The notes below the pieces were generated by a model. It ran no database searches and was not told the DNA's origin. It saw only the letters and a list, made by a program, of their open reading frames with translations. Position numbers and translations under genes: made by a program. From an uncultured Clostridium sp. (GTDB lineage: Bacteria; Bacillota; Clostridia; TANB77; CAG-508), in NCBI GenBank assembly GCA_958413095.1, contig CATYUF010000002.1, positions 5,439-69,438 of the forward strand: a DNA stretch of 64,000 bases, in the 5' to 3' direction. Shown here in pieces: positions 21,042 through 30,529 of the stretch (the first letter of the stretch is position 1; each line of letters opens with the position of its first letter).

Positions 21042-21077
21042 AATAGAGAGGACTTGCAATCGCTTGTCCTCTCTATT
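21042..21077. terminator. Hairpin downstream of the YtrA-like operon
   Basis: AATAGAGAGGAC (21042-21053) pairs perfectly with GTCCTCTCTATT (21066-21077). The T-run is only on the plus side, so orientation is ambiguous. Confidence 0.4.
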
Positions 21078-21208
21078 TTCCGTATTTGCTACTATTTTTA
21101 TCTACATAAAGTATGAGTTTTTTGACCATTTCCTTTAGTTTATAAACATTAATTTATCATTTATATATTCGATTTTCTATTCTTGTATGTTTTTTAATTA
21201 ATCACTTT

Positions 21209-21883
21209 CTATTCTTCTTTCTTACTATAAATTTTACATGATATTTTATAAGAAATAAAGTACATTAATACAATTACTGCTATAAGAAAAAACATTCCAT
21301 AATTGTTTAGAATATTTTCTATTATTTCTATATTTATATTTATGTTCATTTTTATAAGTAAAAATGCTATTCCTGATACAATTACAACTATACCAAGAAC
21401 TAATATAAACATTTGAATTCTTCCTTTTTCTGCTCCCCACTTGTATATACTTGGTATTTGAATTGATTGTATCAAAGCTATACCAAACATTCCTCCTATT
21501 GTTGAAACAAGTAATCCTTTATAATCTATATTTATCATATCTTCTGGTTTTATGTAGTTCATTATGTTTGTAACTAATATGGTAATTATTATGCCTATTA
21601 TTCCGCCTACTATTGCTGAACCTATTGATAAAATAAATTTTGATTTTACTATTTCTTTTCTATTTGTAGGTAATGTTAAAATATATTTATTTGATTTTGC
21701 TATTTCATCATAATTAAATGTAGAAAGTGCAATCATTCCAACCATTGTGCATATTATAATTGGTCCATATGTAACTGCTTTTGAACCTATTATTGCAATA
21801 CCACAAAATAACACCATAATAATCATAGATGTTTTATATACTGCTAAATTATATAAATCTTTTTTTATTAATCCTTTTATCAT
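21209..21883 (-). CDS. ABC-2 type transporter permease
   Basis: 224 aa with six predicted TM segments, directly downstream of the ABC ATPase. Confidence 0.7.
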   Translation of the reverse strand: MIKGLIKKDLYNLAVYKTSMIIMVLFCGIAIIGSKAVTYGPIIICTMVGMIALSTFNYDEIAKSNKYILTLPTNRKEIVKSKFILSIGSAIVGGIIGIIITILVTNIMNYIKPEDMINIDYKGLLVSTIGGMFGIALIQSIQIPSIYKWGAEKGRIQMFILVLGIVVIVSGIAFLLIKMNININIEIIENILNNYGMFFLIAVIVLMYFISYKISCKIYSKKEE

Positions 21884-21885
21884 TA

Positions 21886-22743
21886 TTATTTTCCCCCCTT
21901 TACATATAATAACATTATATCTTCAATACTTGGTTTATCGATGGTTAATATATTATATTTTTTTATAATATTTTCTTTATTATCTGTTAAAACCTCATAT
22001 TGATATTTTTCTTTTTTAAATCTTATATAATCTTGTTTGTCTATTTTTAAAAATTCTTCTTTGCTACATTTTATTATTCCATAGTTCTCTAATAGTTCTG
22101 TTGTTGGAATATTAAAAATTATCTCACCTTTTTCTATAAACACAATATAATCTGATATATGCTCTAAATCGGTTGTTATATGAGTAGAAATAAAGATAGA
22201 CCTTGTTTCATCTTCTTCTATATAGTTTCTAAAAATATCTAAAATCTCATTTCTAACAACCGGATCTAATCCACTTGTTGGTTCATCTAGTATAAGAAGT
22301 TTTGGATTATGAGAAATTGCAGTTGCTATTTTTAATTTCATTTTCATGCCACTTGAATAATCTTTTAATAGTTTATTTGTTGGTAAATTAAATTGTTTTA
22401 AATAATTTACATATTTACTTTCATCCCATTCTTTGTAAATATCTTTCATAATAGAATTTATTTGTTTTGCCGTTAAATAATCTGATAAAAAACTGTCATC
22501 CAAAACAACTCCAATATTTTGTTTTATTTCTTTTTCATATTGTTTTATATCCTTGCCTAATATTTTTATATCTCCATTTGCATTTGTTATATTCAGTATT
22601 GATTTTATCGTTGTCGTTTTTCCTGCTCCATTTTCTCCTACAAATCCTACTATGCTACCTTTTGGTACTGTGAAATTAATATTTTTTAATTCAAATCCAT
22701 CATATTTTTTTGTTAGATTATTTACTTCTATGTTATTTTCCAT
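21886..22743 (-). CDS. ABC transporter ATP-binding protein
   Basis: Walker A GENGAGKTT, signature SSGMKMKL, Walker B LLILDEP. Confidence 0.92.
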   Translation of the reverse strand: MENNIEVNNLTKKYDGFELKNINFTVPKGSIVGFVGENGAGKTTTIKSILNITNANGDIKILGKDIKQYEKEIKQNIGVVLDDSFLSDYLTAKQINSIMKDIYKEWDESKYVNYLKQFNLPTNKLLKDYSSGMKMKLKIATAISHNPKLLILDEPTSGLDPVVRNEILDIFRNYIEEDETRSIFISTHITTDLEHISDYIVFIEKGEIIFNIPTTELLENYGIIKCSKEEFLKIDKQDYIRFKKEKYQYEVLTDNKENIIKKYNILTIDKPSIEDIMLLYVKGGK

Positions 22744-22744
22744 T

Positions 22745-23122
22745 TTATATTTCCCCCTTATACATTAGTTTAAAAAGTTCTATAATTTCTTGTTCAGATA
22801 TGTCTGATATTTGTGCTAATTTAATAATTTTTTCTATGTAATTTTGTATTTCTTTTTTCTTTTCTTCTTGTATCAATTCTGAATTCTTTTGTGCTACAAA
22901 ACTCCCTTTTCCTTGAACACTTTTTACATATCCTTCTTGTTCTAATTCATCATAAGCTTTTTTTACTGTTAGAAAACTTATTTTTAAGTCATTTGCCATT
23001 ACTCTAACAGATGGCAACATATCTTCTTCATGTAATTCATTTTCTAATATTGCTTGTTTTATTGCTTGTTTTATTTGTTCATATATTGGGATACTGCTAC
23101 TGTTAGTTATAATAATATTCAT
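22745..23122 (-). CDS. GntR family (YtrA subfamily) transcriptional regulator
   Basis: 125 aa. Winged-helix motif ...LPSVRVMANDLKISFLTVKKAYDELEQEGYV....GKGSFV and a short C-terminus typical of YtrA-type regulators that precede ABC genes. Confidence 0.85.
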   Translation of the reverse strand: MNIIITNSSSIPIYEQIKQAIKQAILENELHEEDMLPSVRVMANDLKISFLTVKKAYDELEQEGYVKSVQGKGSFVAQKNSELIQEEKKKEIQNYIEKIIKLAQISDISEQEIIELFKLMYKGEI

Positions 23123-23139
23123 AGGCTCCTCCTTTTTCT

Positions 23140-23166
23140 TATAACACTATATAACAGTATATAACA
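23140..23166. promoter_or_regulatory. Three phased TATAACA repeats upstream of the GntR gene (candidate operator)
   Basis: TATAACA at 23140, 23150 and 23160 (10-bp phasing), 18-44 nt upstream of the GntR start codon. Confidence 0.35.
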
Positions 23167-23201
23167 TTTGTCAATAGATTTATTAAATATTTTTATATAA
23201 T

Positions 23202-23229
23202 AAAAAAGAGAACAGAAAATTCTGCTCTC
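23202..23229 (-). terminator. Intrinsic terminator after the BceB-like permease gene
   Basis: The minus strand reads GAGAGCAG-aatttt-CTGTTCTC (one mismatch) followed by ttttttatt. Confidence 0.5.
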
Positions 23230-23312
23230 ACTTTTTATTATACCTTTACATATTTCCAATAATTAGACCGATAAAAATAATTTGTGCTATTCTGATAAAT
23301 AACCATTACCAT

Positions 23313-25325
23313 TTACTTTTCTCTTATTATCCTTTTACTAGAAAAATACGAAATCAAGAAATATCCACCATAAATTAATACAATAAATCCAGCTGTTATT
23401 ATAATTGAAGTAAGCATATTTCCTTTCCCCATATTTTCTATCATATATGAAGCAACACTAATTCCTGGTATTGAATGAATTATTGCAAGTACTAATGGAA
23501 ATAAAAAGAATAATCCAACTTGTTTAAATAAAGCTCTATTTATAAGCTTTTCGCTACACCCTATCTTTCGTAGCACATCATACCTTTCTTTATTATCATT
23601 GCTTTCTGACAATTCTTTTAAAGCAATTATTGCTCCACTAGAAATTAAGAATACAATTCCTAAGTATAACCCTAAAAATACTACCATTGCTCCAAATCCT
23701 ATACTACTATCTGCTAGTTCTTGTCTTGTAATAGAATATGTATGTCCAAAATCTTCTATCTCTTTTTTCACTTCTTTTTCTACTTCTAGTTTTTCTTTCT
23801 TATCACTTGCATTATAATTTGCAAACACTTTATTAATTGCTTTCATATCTTCACTAACTGCATTATCTGGTACTACAATAATTCCTGTATTTTTCATATC
23901 TGAATCTATTTCTAAATTAACATTTTTTGTTTCTTCATATTTAGGAATATATTGTTTTCCATTAATATTTAATATTGGCTTATTTTTTAAAGCTTTACTT
24001 CTTATTCTACTCATATACTCTTGGTCTGAAATAATGATATATTGATTATCTTCTAATTTAAAATTTTCTTTTCCTAGTAATTTTGCAATTTCATTGTATT
24101 TACTTATTTTAATTAGTTGTTCTTCACCATCTAATGCAAGTTTCATTGATGGATTTTCTTCTAATACTTCTGGTATTGTTTCTCCTAATACATCTTCTTG
24201 TGTTACTTGGTTTGTAATATAGATATCTAATAAATGTATTTCTTTAAAATATTTTTCCATATCTATATTGTTTTGTTTAAATTCATCTTGTATTGAACAA
24301 CCTTTTCCATCTTTATTTTTACTTATTTCAATATCAACATTTGGTAATTCTGCAATTTTATCATTCATAGCATCATTTAATGACATAGCTGTTGAAAATA
24401 TACATATTGTAACAAATAGCATTAAACATATAATCGTTGTTGAAATTACAGTTGTATTAATTTTGCTACTTAATTGTTTTGTTATAAATGCATTTATTCC
24501 TTTATAATATGTTTTCTTCATTGTCATTACTATTTTTAGTAACATTCCTGATAATGACCAAAATATTAAAAAAGTTGATACTATACCTAAAATTATCTGC
24601 ATTAAAACTTGGCTTTCTTTTACTAAATTATCTCTATTTATTGTTACATTATAGTAAGCATATCCTAGCATCGCAACTGAAATAAGAAATATAATAACAC
24701 ATAAAGTAATGTTTTTTAGTTTTACTTTTTCTGATTTTTTCTTTGAATTTATTAAGTCTATTAACTTACATCTATTTACAGATATTACATTAAATATCAT
24801 TATTAGTATGTAAATAATTGCAAAATAAATACAAGTTTTTAGTAATGCACTTGTCGAAAAGGTAAATGCAAAGTTTGTCATATTAGCCTCAAACATATTA
24901 GCAACAACGACTGACATTAATTGTGATAAGCCGATTCCAATAACTAGCCCTACAATTAATGAAATAATTCCTACTAGCAAAGTTTCTGCTAAAATAATTC
25001 TTGATATTTTTCTTTTTTTCATGCCAAGTAGCATATATATTCCAAATTCCTTTTTTCTTCTTTTCATTAGAAAGCCACTAGCATATATAATAAGAAATGC
25101 TAAGATAAATGCTACAAAAACACTTATTATTGTAAGAACTTGTGACATGGTTTCTAACATTTCGTGCTTTGTGTTTGTTAGTTCTAGCATAAGAGTTTGG
25201 CTTTCTATACTGTTAAACATATAAAATATAGATACACCTACAATTAATGTAAAGAAATATACTGCATAATCTTTAAAACTCTTTTTAACATTTTTTATGG
25301 CTAAATTAAAGTACATCATTAACAT
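23313..25325 (-). CDS. BceB-type ABC permease (FtsX domain, 10 TM, large extracellular loop), module 1
   Basis: 670 aa. N-terminal MYFNLAIKNVKKSFKDYAVYFFTL..., large loop between TM7 and TM8, two FtsX-like halves. Overlaps the ATPase gene. Confidence 0.85.
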   Translation of the reverse strand: MLMMYFNLAIKNVKKSFKDYAVYFFTLIVGVSIFYMFNSIESQTLMLELTNTKHEMLETMSQVLTIISVFVAFILAFLIIYASGFLMKRRKKEFGIYMLLGMKKRKISRIILAETLLVGIISLIVGLVIGIGLSQLMSVVVANMFEANMTNFAFTFSTSALLKTCIYFAIIYILIMIFNVISVNRCKLIDLINSKKKSEKVKLKNITLCVIIFLISVAMLGYAYYNVTINRDNLVKESQVLMQIILGIVSTFLIFWSLSGMLLKIVMTMKKTYYKGINAFITKQLSSKINTTVISTTIICLMLFVTICIFSTAMSLNDAMNDKIAELPNVDIEISKNKDGKGCSIQDEFKQNNIDMEKYFKEIHLLDIYITNQVTQEDVLGETIPEVLEENPSMKLALDGEEQLIKISKYNEIAKLLGKENFKLEDNQYIIISDQEYMSRIRSKALKNKPILNINGKQYIPKYEETKNVNLEIDSDMKNTGIIVVPDNAVSEDMKAINKVFANYNASDKKEKLEVEKEVKKEIEDFGHTYSITRQELADSSIGFGAMVVFLGLYLGIVFLISSGAIIALKELSESNDNKERYDVLRKIGCSEKLINRALFKQVGLFFLFPLVLAIIHSIPGISVASYMIENMGKGNMLTSIIITAGFIVLIYGGYFLISYFSSKRIIREK

Positions 25326-26073
25326 CTCCTCCTAACAAGGTTACTACATCTATAATCTTGTCAAAGAATGCTTTCCTGCCCATATTTCCCTTATATATTT
25401 CATTATATATTTTTCCGTCTTTTATAAAAATCACTCTATTGGCAAAACTAGCAGCAAAAGAATCATGTGTGACCATTAAAATAGTAGCATTTAATTTTGT
25501 ATTCAAATAATTAAAAGTTTCTAATAATATTTTTGAAGATTTACTATCTAATGCTCCTGTTGGTTCATCTGCTAAAACTATCTTTGGATTAGTTATAATT
25601 GCCCTTGCTACTGCTACTCTCTGTTTTTGTCCTCCTGATATTTCGTATGGATATTTATTCAAAACTTCTATTATTCCTAAATTTCTTGCTATTTCATTTA
25701 CTCTCTTAGTGATTTCTTTTACTCCAACATCTTGGATAGAAAGTGCTAGTGAAATATTTTCATATGCCGTTAAGGTATCTAGTAAATTGAAGTCTTGAAA
25801 AATAAAGCCTAAATTTTCTCTACGAAAATCATTTAATTTATCTCCTTTAAATTTTGTAATATCTTCCCCATCTACAAAAATATGTCCACTTGTTACTTTA
25901 TCACTGGTTGACATACAATTTAATAAAGTTGTTTTTCCTGAACCACTTGCACCCATTATGGCAACAAATTCTCCTTTTTCTACTTCAAAAGATATGTTAT
26001 CTATTGCTTTTGTTACATTTGATTTATTACCATAGTATTTTTCTACTTTGTCTAATTTTAAAATATTTGACAT
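25306..26073 (-). CDS. BceA-type ABC ATP-binding protein, module 1
   Basis: Walker A GASGSGKTT, signature SGGQKQRVAVARA, Walker B VLADEPTGALD. Start set to the ATG at 26073 after aggagaaagg. Confidence 0.92.
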   Translation of the reverse strand: MSNILKLDKVEKYYGNKSNVTKAIDNISFEVEKGEFVAIMGASGSGKTTLLNCMSTSDKVTSGHIFVDGEDITKFKGDKLNDFRRENLGFIFQDFNLLDTLTAYENISLALSIQDVGVKEITKRVNEIARNLGIIEVLNKYPYEISGGQKQRVAVARAIITNPKIVLADEPTGALDSKSSKILLETFNYLNTKLNATILMVTHDSFAASFANRVIFIKDGKIYNEIYKGNMGRKAFFDKIIDVVTLLGGDVNDVL

Positions 26074-26146
26074 TGGTATCCCTTCCTTTCTCCTTAAATT
26101 CATTATATAATTTAAAATTTTTATCTTCCATTGATTTATATAACAA

Positions 26147-26168
26147 AACCTTACATTGCTGTAAGGTT
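26147..26168. promoter_or_regulatory. Candidate BceR-type response-regulator binding site (AACC-TTACA-ttgc-TGTAA-GGTT)
   Basis: Perfect palindrome centred about 84 nt upstream of the bceA-like ATG and about 40 nt upstream of a TATAAT. As I recall it, the core matches the TNACA-N4-TGTAA repeat described for BceR-like regulators. Confidence 0.55.
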
Positions 26169-26241
26169 TCTTCTGTGTATCATAAAATTTTTTCTTTATT
26201 TTAAGTTCTTTTCAAATATTATAAAACTTATCTTTGTAATT

Positions 26242-27255
26242 TTATTTTAAGATATTGTAAGCTTTATTTTTATTAAAAGTAATAAATACACTTGTATATT
26301 TATTTTGTTCCGATTCTATTTCTATTTTGTGTCCTAACTTTTCACATAATTGTTTTGCAATGTATAGTCCCATTCCTGTTGAAGTTTGTATTTTTCTACC
26401 ATTTTCCCCTGTAAAAGATTTATCAAATACCTTTTTTATATCTGACTTAGGTATTCCTATTCCATTGTCTTGTATTTTTAATATTATGTTCTTTTCATTT
26501 TCAACTGCTGAAATTGTAATAATAGATTTTTCTTTATCTACATATTTTAAGCTATTACTAATAATTTGATTTATTATAAATTCCAACCATTTATTGTCTG
26601 ATAATACTTTCTTATTATCTAGTTTTTCTAATTTTATTTCTATTTTCTCTAATATAAAAATTTCTTTATTTTTCTTAATTACTTTACTTACAATTTCTCT
26701 TAAATCACATTCTTTAATTATATAATCTTTTTCTGCATTTTCACTTCTTGCATAATATAGCACTTGTTCTACAAAATTTTCTATTCTTTTTGTTGGCTCT
26801 ATTACTTTACTAATATCATCTTTTTTGTATGTCATAAGTAGTATGCTAGATAAAGGAAGTTTTACTTCATGTACCCACATTTCAATATATTCCTTAAATT
26901 CTTCTAAGCTTAGTTTATATTTTTTTATTTCTTCATTCATGGTCTTATTGATTTCATATAAGGAATTGTAAAAAATTTGTCCTTCTAAAAAACTGGGTTT
27001 TTCTACTAATTCTGTAATGATATATTTTTTATCTAAATTATCTAATTGTTTAGTTAGCTCATTATAAAATTTACTTTTTCTGTTATAATTATAAACAAAA
27101 ATTAGTATTCCAAATAATGCTAAGATAATATATGTGCAAATAAATGATTCTATACTTAATTTTAATATTCTAAAAAACAAAAATAGTATTATTAATGTTA
27201 CTAAATATATTGATATATTAACTATATTATCTTTTATGTAATCTTTTAATCTCAT
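26242..27255 (-). CDS. BceS-type intramembrane-sensing histidine kinase, module 1
   Basis: 337 aa. Two N-terminal TM helices with almost no extracellular loop, H-box WVHEVKLPL, N and G boxes (...DNGIGI...GMGLY). Confidence 0.88.
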   Translation of the reverse strand: MRLKDYIKDNIVNISIYLVTLIILFLFFRILKLSIESFICTYIILALFGILIFVYNYNRKSKFYNELTKQLDNLDKKYIITELVEKPSFLEGQIFYNSLYEINKTMNEEIKKYKLSLEEFKEYIEMWVHEVKLPLSSILLMTYKKDDISKVIEPTKRIENFVEQVLYYARSENAEKDYIIKECDLREIVSKVIKKNKEIFILEKIEIKLEKLDNKKVLSDNKWLEFIINQIISNSLKYVDKEKSIITISAVENEKNIILKIQDNGIGIPKSDIKKVFDKSFTGENGRKIQTSTGMGLYIAKQLCEKLGHKIEIESEQNKYTSVFITFNKNKAYNILK

Positions 27256-27914
27256 ACTAGTATATAACCTTGTCCTCTCCTAGTTTCAATTACATTTTTT
27301 AGTTCTACTTCTTCTAATTTACTTCTTAATCTTGAGATATTAACTGTTAAAGTGTTATCGTCTACAAACTCGTCTGATTCCCATAGATAACTTATAATTT
27401 CTTCTCTCGATACTATTTTTCCTTGATTTTTTAATAAATATTCTAACATTAAGAGCTCATTTTTTGAAAGTATAATCACTTTATCTTTACATATGATTTG
27501 GCTTCTTGCTCTGTCTATTTTTATATTTTTGTATTCAAGTTTTTGTGCCTCATTTTGTGTTCTTTTTAATATGGCTTCTATTCTTAATAATAATATTGTT
27601 GGATTATATGGTTTTGTAATATAGTCATCTGCTCCAGAACTCATACTTATTACTTCATCTGTGTCTGTATTTCTACTAGTTACCATGATTACTGGTATAT
27701 TTGATTTTTTTCTAATTTCTTTTAATAGCAATTGTCCATTGTTATTTGGTAAATTTATGTCTAATAAAATTAAGTTTGCATTTTGCTTTAATATATTTTT
27801 TGTTATTTCTTGAAAATCTTCTAATATTATTGTTTGGTATCCTGCATTTTCTAATAATTCTTTTAGCTCTTGGGCTAGTAGTTTGTCATCTTCTATGATT
27901 AATATTTTTGGCAT
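27252..27914 (-). CDS. OmpR/BceR-family response regulator, module 1
   Basis: 220 aa. Receiver domain (ILIIEDD...LLDINLP...) plus a winged-helix C-terminus (...TLTVNISRLRSKLE.....IETRRGQGY). Confidence 0.92.
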   Translation of the reverse strand: MPKILIIEDDKLLAQELKELLENAGYQTIILEDFQEITKNILKQNANLILLDINLPNNNGQLLLKEIRKKSNIPVIMVTSRNTDTDEVISMSSGADDYITKPYNPTILLLRIEAILKRTQNEAQKLEYKNIKIDRARSQIICKDKVIILSKNELLMLEYLLKNQGKIVSREEIISYLWESDEFVDDNTLTVNISRLRSKLEEVELKNVIETRRGQGYILV

Positions 27915-28008
27915 AATGATTTCTCCTTTATATTATAAGTTTTCCTTTATTTCTGGGAATAAATCATATAAATTATATCCTAATAAATCATCAAAATATG
28001 TCTTTAAT

Positions 28009-28632
28009 TTATATGTTTCTTTGATATGATATTGGATATTTCATACTCTTTAATATATTGTAAACCTCATACCAACTGTAACATCTATAAATATTTTCTC
28101 CATTGCATTCTTTATTGTATCTTGCATTAAAGCATATAACTGGTATATTTTTTGATATATTATTTATATTCTCTACTTTATCTTCTATCATTACATCAAT
28201 GTTATTTTTTTGACATATCTCTACTTTATCTTCTGGACTAAATATAATTTTGTCATAATATATTTTATTTTCTTCTAGCCAATTTTTAACTATTTCTCTC
28301 ATTTGTTGTCCTTCGGCTGTGTCTCTATTAGTCAAATACCTAGCAGTTATTATATATATTTCTTTTCCTTCATCTTTCAATTTATTTATTACTTCACTAG
28401 CAAATTTTCTTGCTGGTTCATTTTTAGCATATTCATATAAATATTTTTTCCAAAATTCGTCTTCTGCTTTTTGGTCCACATTAAATATTTCTTCAATATC
28501 ATATCCTTCTGAATTTATAATTCCTTTATGATATTTTTCAAATGCAAATTTGCTTCCATAATCTAATTGCCATTGTTCTATGTCTGTTAATACTCCATCT
28601 ATATCAATTCCTATTCGCATTTTTCCCTCCAT
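28009..28632 (-). CDS. HAD-superfamily 5'(3')-deoxyribonucleotidase-like (NT5C-type) hydrolase
   Basis: 207 aa. The N-terminal IGIDIDGVLTD motif (DxDxV/T) and the size fit the NT5C family. Confidence 0.6.
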   Translation of the reverse strand: MEGKMRIGIDIDGVLTDIEQWQLDYGSKFAFEKYHKGIINSEGYDIEEIFNVDQKAEDEFWKKYLYEYAKNEPARKFASEVINKLKDEGKEIYIITARYLTNRDTAEGQQMREIVKNWLEENKIYYDKIIFSPEDKVEICQKNNIDVMIEDKVENINNISKNIPVICFNARYNKECNGENIYRCYSWYEVYNILKSMKYPISYQRNI

Positions 28633-28926
28633 AATCTATTTTCTACTATCCTAAATATTGTTTATATTACCATGAAAAATTTAAATTAGCAAACTCAAAA
28701 ACTATCTACTTAGCTTTTAATATAAAATATAGCACTCTATAACAAGTGCCATATATTATGTATTCAATTATCTTTTTTATTCTTTAACAAATAAATAGAC
28801 AAACAACTTAATCCTATCCCTAACATAGTAATTCCATTATTCATATCAATTTGTTTTAATATAGAAGTAACTATAATACAAATTCCCATTGCAAGGCCAA
28901 CTCCAATTAAAGCAATATTGATAATA

Positions 28927-29322
28927 TCATCTACTTCTCAGATATACTGATAAATTGCCATCAGTATTATATATTGCTAAAAATATATTATCAGTTTTTA
29001 TAATTCCTTGTTTTTGTAGCATTTCCATTAACCATAATTTATCAACTTTAAGTTCTTTTAAATTTTCTTCCATAATCTTTCCATCTAATATAAGATTTGT
29101 AATAATTCCATCTTCTTTTGGTTTCATATTAAAGTCACTCGGATTGGCAGGTCTCTTATCGCTGTATGGTAAAAAACTAATTTTCCCATTTTCCTCTAAC
29201 AGAGCCGTTTTTATATCACGATACTAAGTTGTGACATTTCTCTTTGTCCCATTATTTTTGTTAAAGTAAATAAAATGATAATTGAGCCTATCGATAATCC
29301 TATGATTTTTAGTATTTCCATA
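28927..29322 (-). pseudogene. DUF421 (YetF-like) membrane protein remnant with an internal deletion or frame break
   Basis: The ATG at 29322 gives MEILKIIGLSIGSIIILFTLTKIMGQREMSQLS, then stops. Another frame continues RDIKTALLEENGKISFLPYSDKRPANPSDFNMKPKEDGIITNLILDGKIMEENLKELKVDKLWL... (tracked ORF 28927..29127). The central TM/DUF421 core expected between these pieces is missing. Confidence 0.6.
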
Positions 29323-29416
29323 ATTCTCTCCTTGTATCATATTTTATTAATAAAAATATGTTGATGTTGCATATTGTTTCCAAAATTCATAAGATTATAC
29401 AATATAAAAGCCTTTT

Positions 29417-30013
29417 CTATATATTATTTACTATAAAATCTATAACATCATTTTCTTGATAATTCTCATTATTTTTCTTTTTATCTTCTTCAGTTAAATC
29501 AACAAAATATTTATTACACTCTGGCAATATTGATATTGAATCTAATGGATATCCAGGATTTCTTTTTTTGCAAGGCTTTCCTACAAAATAAAAATCACCT
29601 TTACTCCAACTGTATTCTTTAGATTCTTTCCCATTATATATTACCATACCATATACCCATTTAGCAGTTAATTTTCCTCCATGTTCGTTTACTAGATTAC
29701 TATAATATTCTATCATTTCTTCGTCAGTTAATTCTTTTCCATTTACTCTTCTTACATATGTTCCTGGTTGCTTTTCTTCTGGTAATTCTTCTATGTATAA
29801 ATTATTATCCATTCCTATTGTTGTTATTTTTGTTTTATCATAGTATGCTTTTGCTTTTATATATGCATTTTCTATTGCATTTTTTCCACTTTCTTCTGGT
29901 TTCAAATTTATTCCTAAATCATTTATTGTTAATACTTCTATATTTCTCTCTTGCAATTTTTTTGCATATTTTTTTATTTTTGCCGGATTTGTTGTTGCAA
30001 ATAATATTTTCAT
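29417..30013 (-). CDS. Ham1/RdgB-family non-canonical purine NTP pyrophosphatase-like protein
   Basis: 198 aa. MKILFATTNPAKIKKY..., ...EESGKNAIENAYIKAKAYY..., ...GMDNNLYIEEL...PGTYVRR resemble the ITPase family. Confidence 0.6.
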   Translation of the reverse strand: MKILFATTNPAKIKKYAKKLQERNIEVLTINDLGINLKPEESGKNAIENAYIKAKAYYDKTKITTIGMDNNLYIEELPEEKQPGTYVRRVNGKELTDEEMIEYYSNLVNEHGGKLTAKWVYGMVIYNGKESKEYSWSKGDFYFVGKPCKKRNPGYPLDSISILPECNKYFVDLTEEDKKKNNENYQENDVIDFIVNNI

Positions 30014-30079
30014 TTTTTATCTCCTACTTTATAATTTTATAATATCTAACTTTATTACCTTATTTTTATTACTTCTATT

Positions 30080-30466
30080 TTATATTTCATTATTGCCCAT
30101 CAATTCAATTTTGGTAACTTCATTTAATGGTGTTGGATACATTGAATTAATTATTTCGTCCTCAAAAGTGATTTGTACTTTGTCCCCTACTTTTAAATCC
30201 GAAATACTAATATTCTTATTTTTATAAATTATTTCTACTTTTTCATTTTTTTCTATATTAAAATAAATTTCTCCTCTCCATTGTTCTTCATTTGTTTCAA
30301 GTCCTTTTACAAAAATTATTGTATTACCATTATCTTTTTCTATTTTCTCTTCTATTATTGCATAAAAAGATGACTCATTAAATTGTTTAATAGCAAAATA
30401 GCCTAAAATAGCTATTAGAATTAATAGAACAATAATTGATAGACTTATAAATATCTTTTTCTTCAT
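30080..30466 (-). CDS. Membrane-anchored hypothetical protein
   Basis: 128 aa with an N-terminal signal/anchor helix. No family recognised. Confidence 0.5.
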   Translation of the reverse strand: MKKKIFISLSIIVLLILIAILGYFAIKQFNESSFYAIIEEKIEKDNGNTIIFVKGLETNEEQWRGEIYFNIEKNEKVEIIYKNKNISISDLKVGDKVQITFEDEIINSMYPTPLNEVTKIELMGNNEI

Positions 30467-30529
30467 TGTTTACATCTCCATTTTTTCAATTTTTTTGTAT
30501 TTAACTATAAATATTATAATTAAAATACT

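Noticed and set aside
21246-21440. Same-strand alternative-frame ORF inside the ABC-2 permease gene. Similar cases are 55876..56085 inside the carbamoyltransferase gene and 42405..42677 antisense to the S/T-rich protein gene.
   Set aside because: They are embedded in better-supported genes and have no independent signals.
26141-26169. First read the AACCTTACA...TGTAAGGTT hairpin as the terminator of the module-1 kinase gene.
   Set aside because: The same TTACA-N4-TGTAA core recurs upstream of the second bceA-like gene, and its distance to the -10 fits an activator site. I re-interpreted it as a response-regulator box, though it may still contribute to termination.
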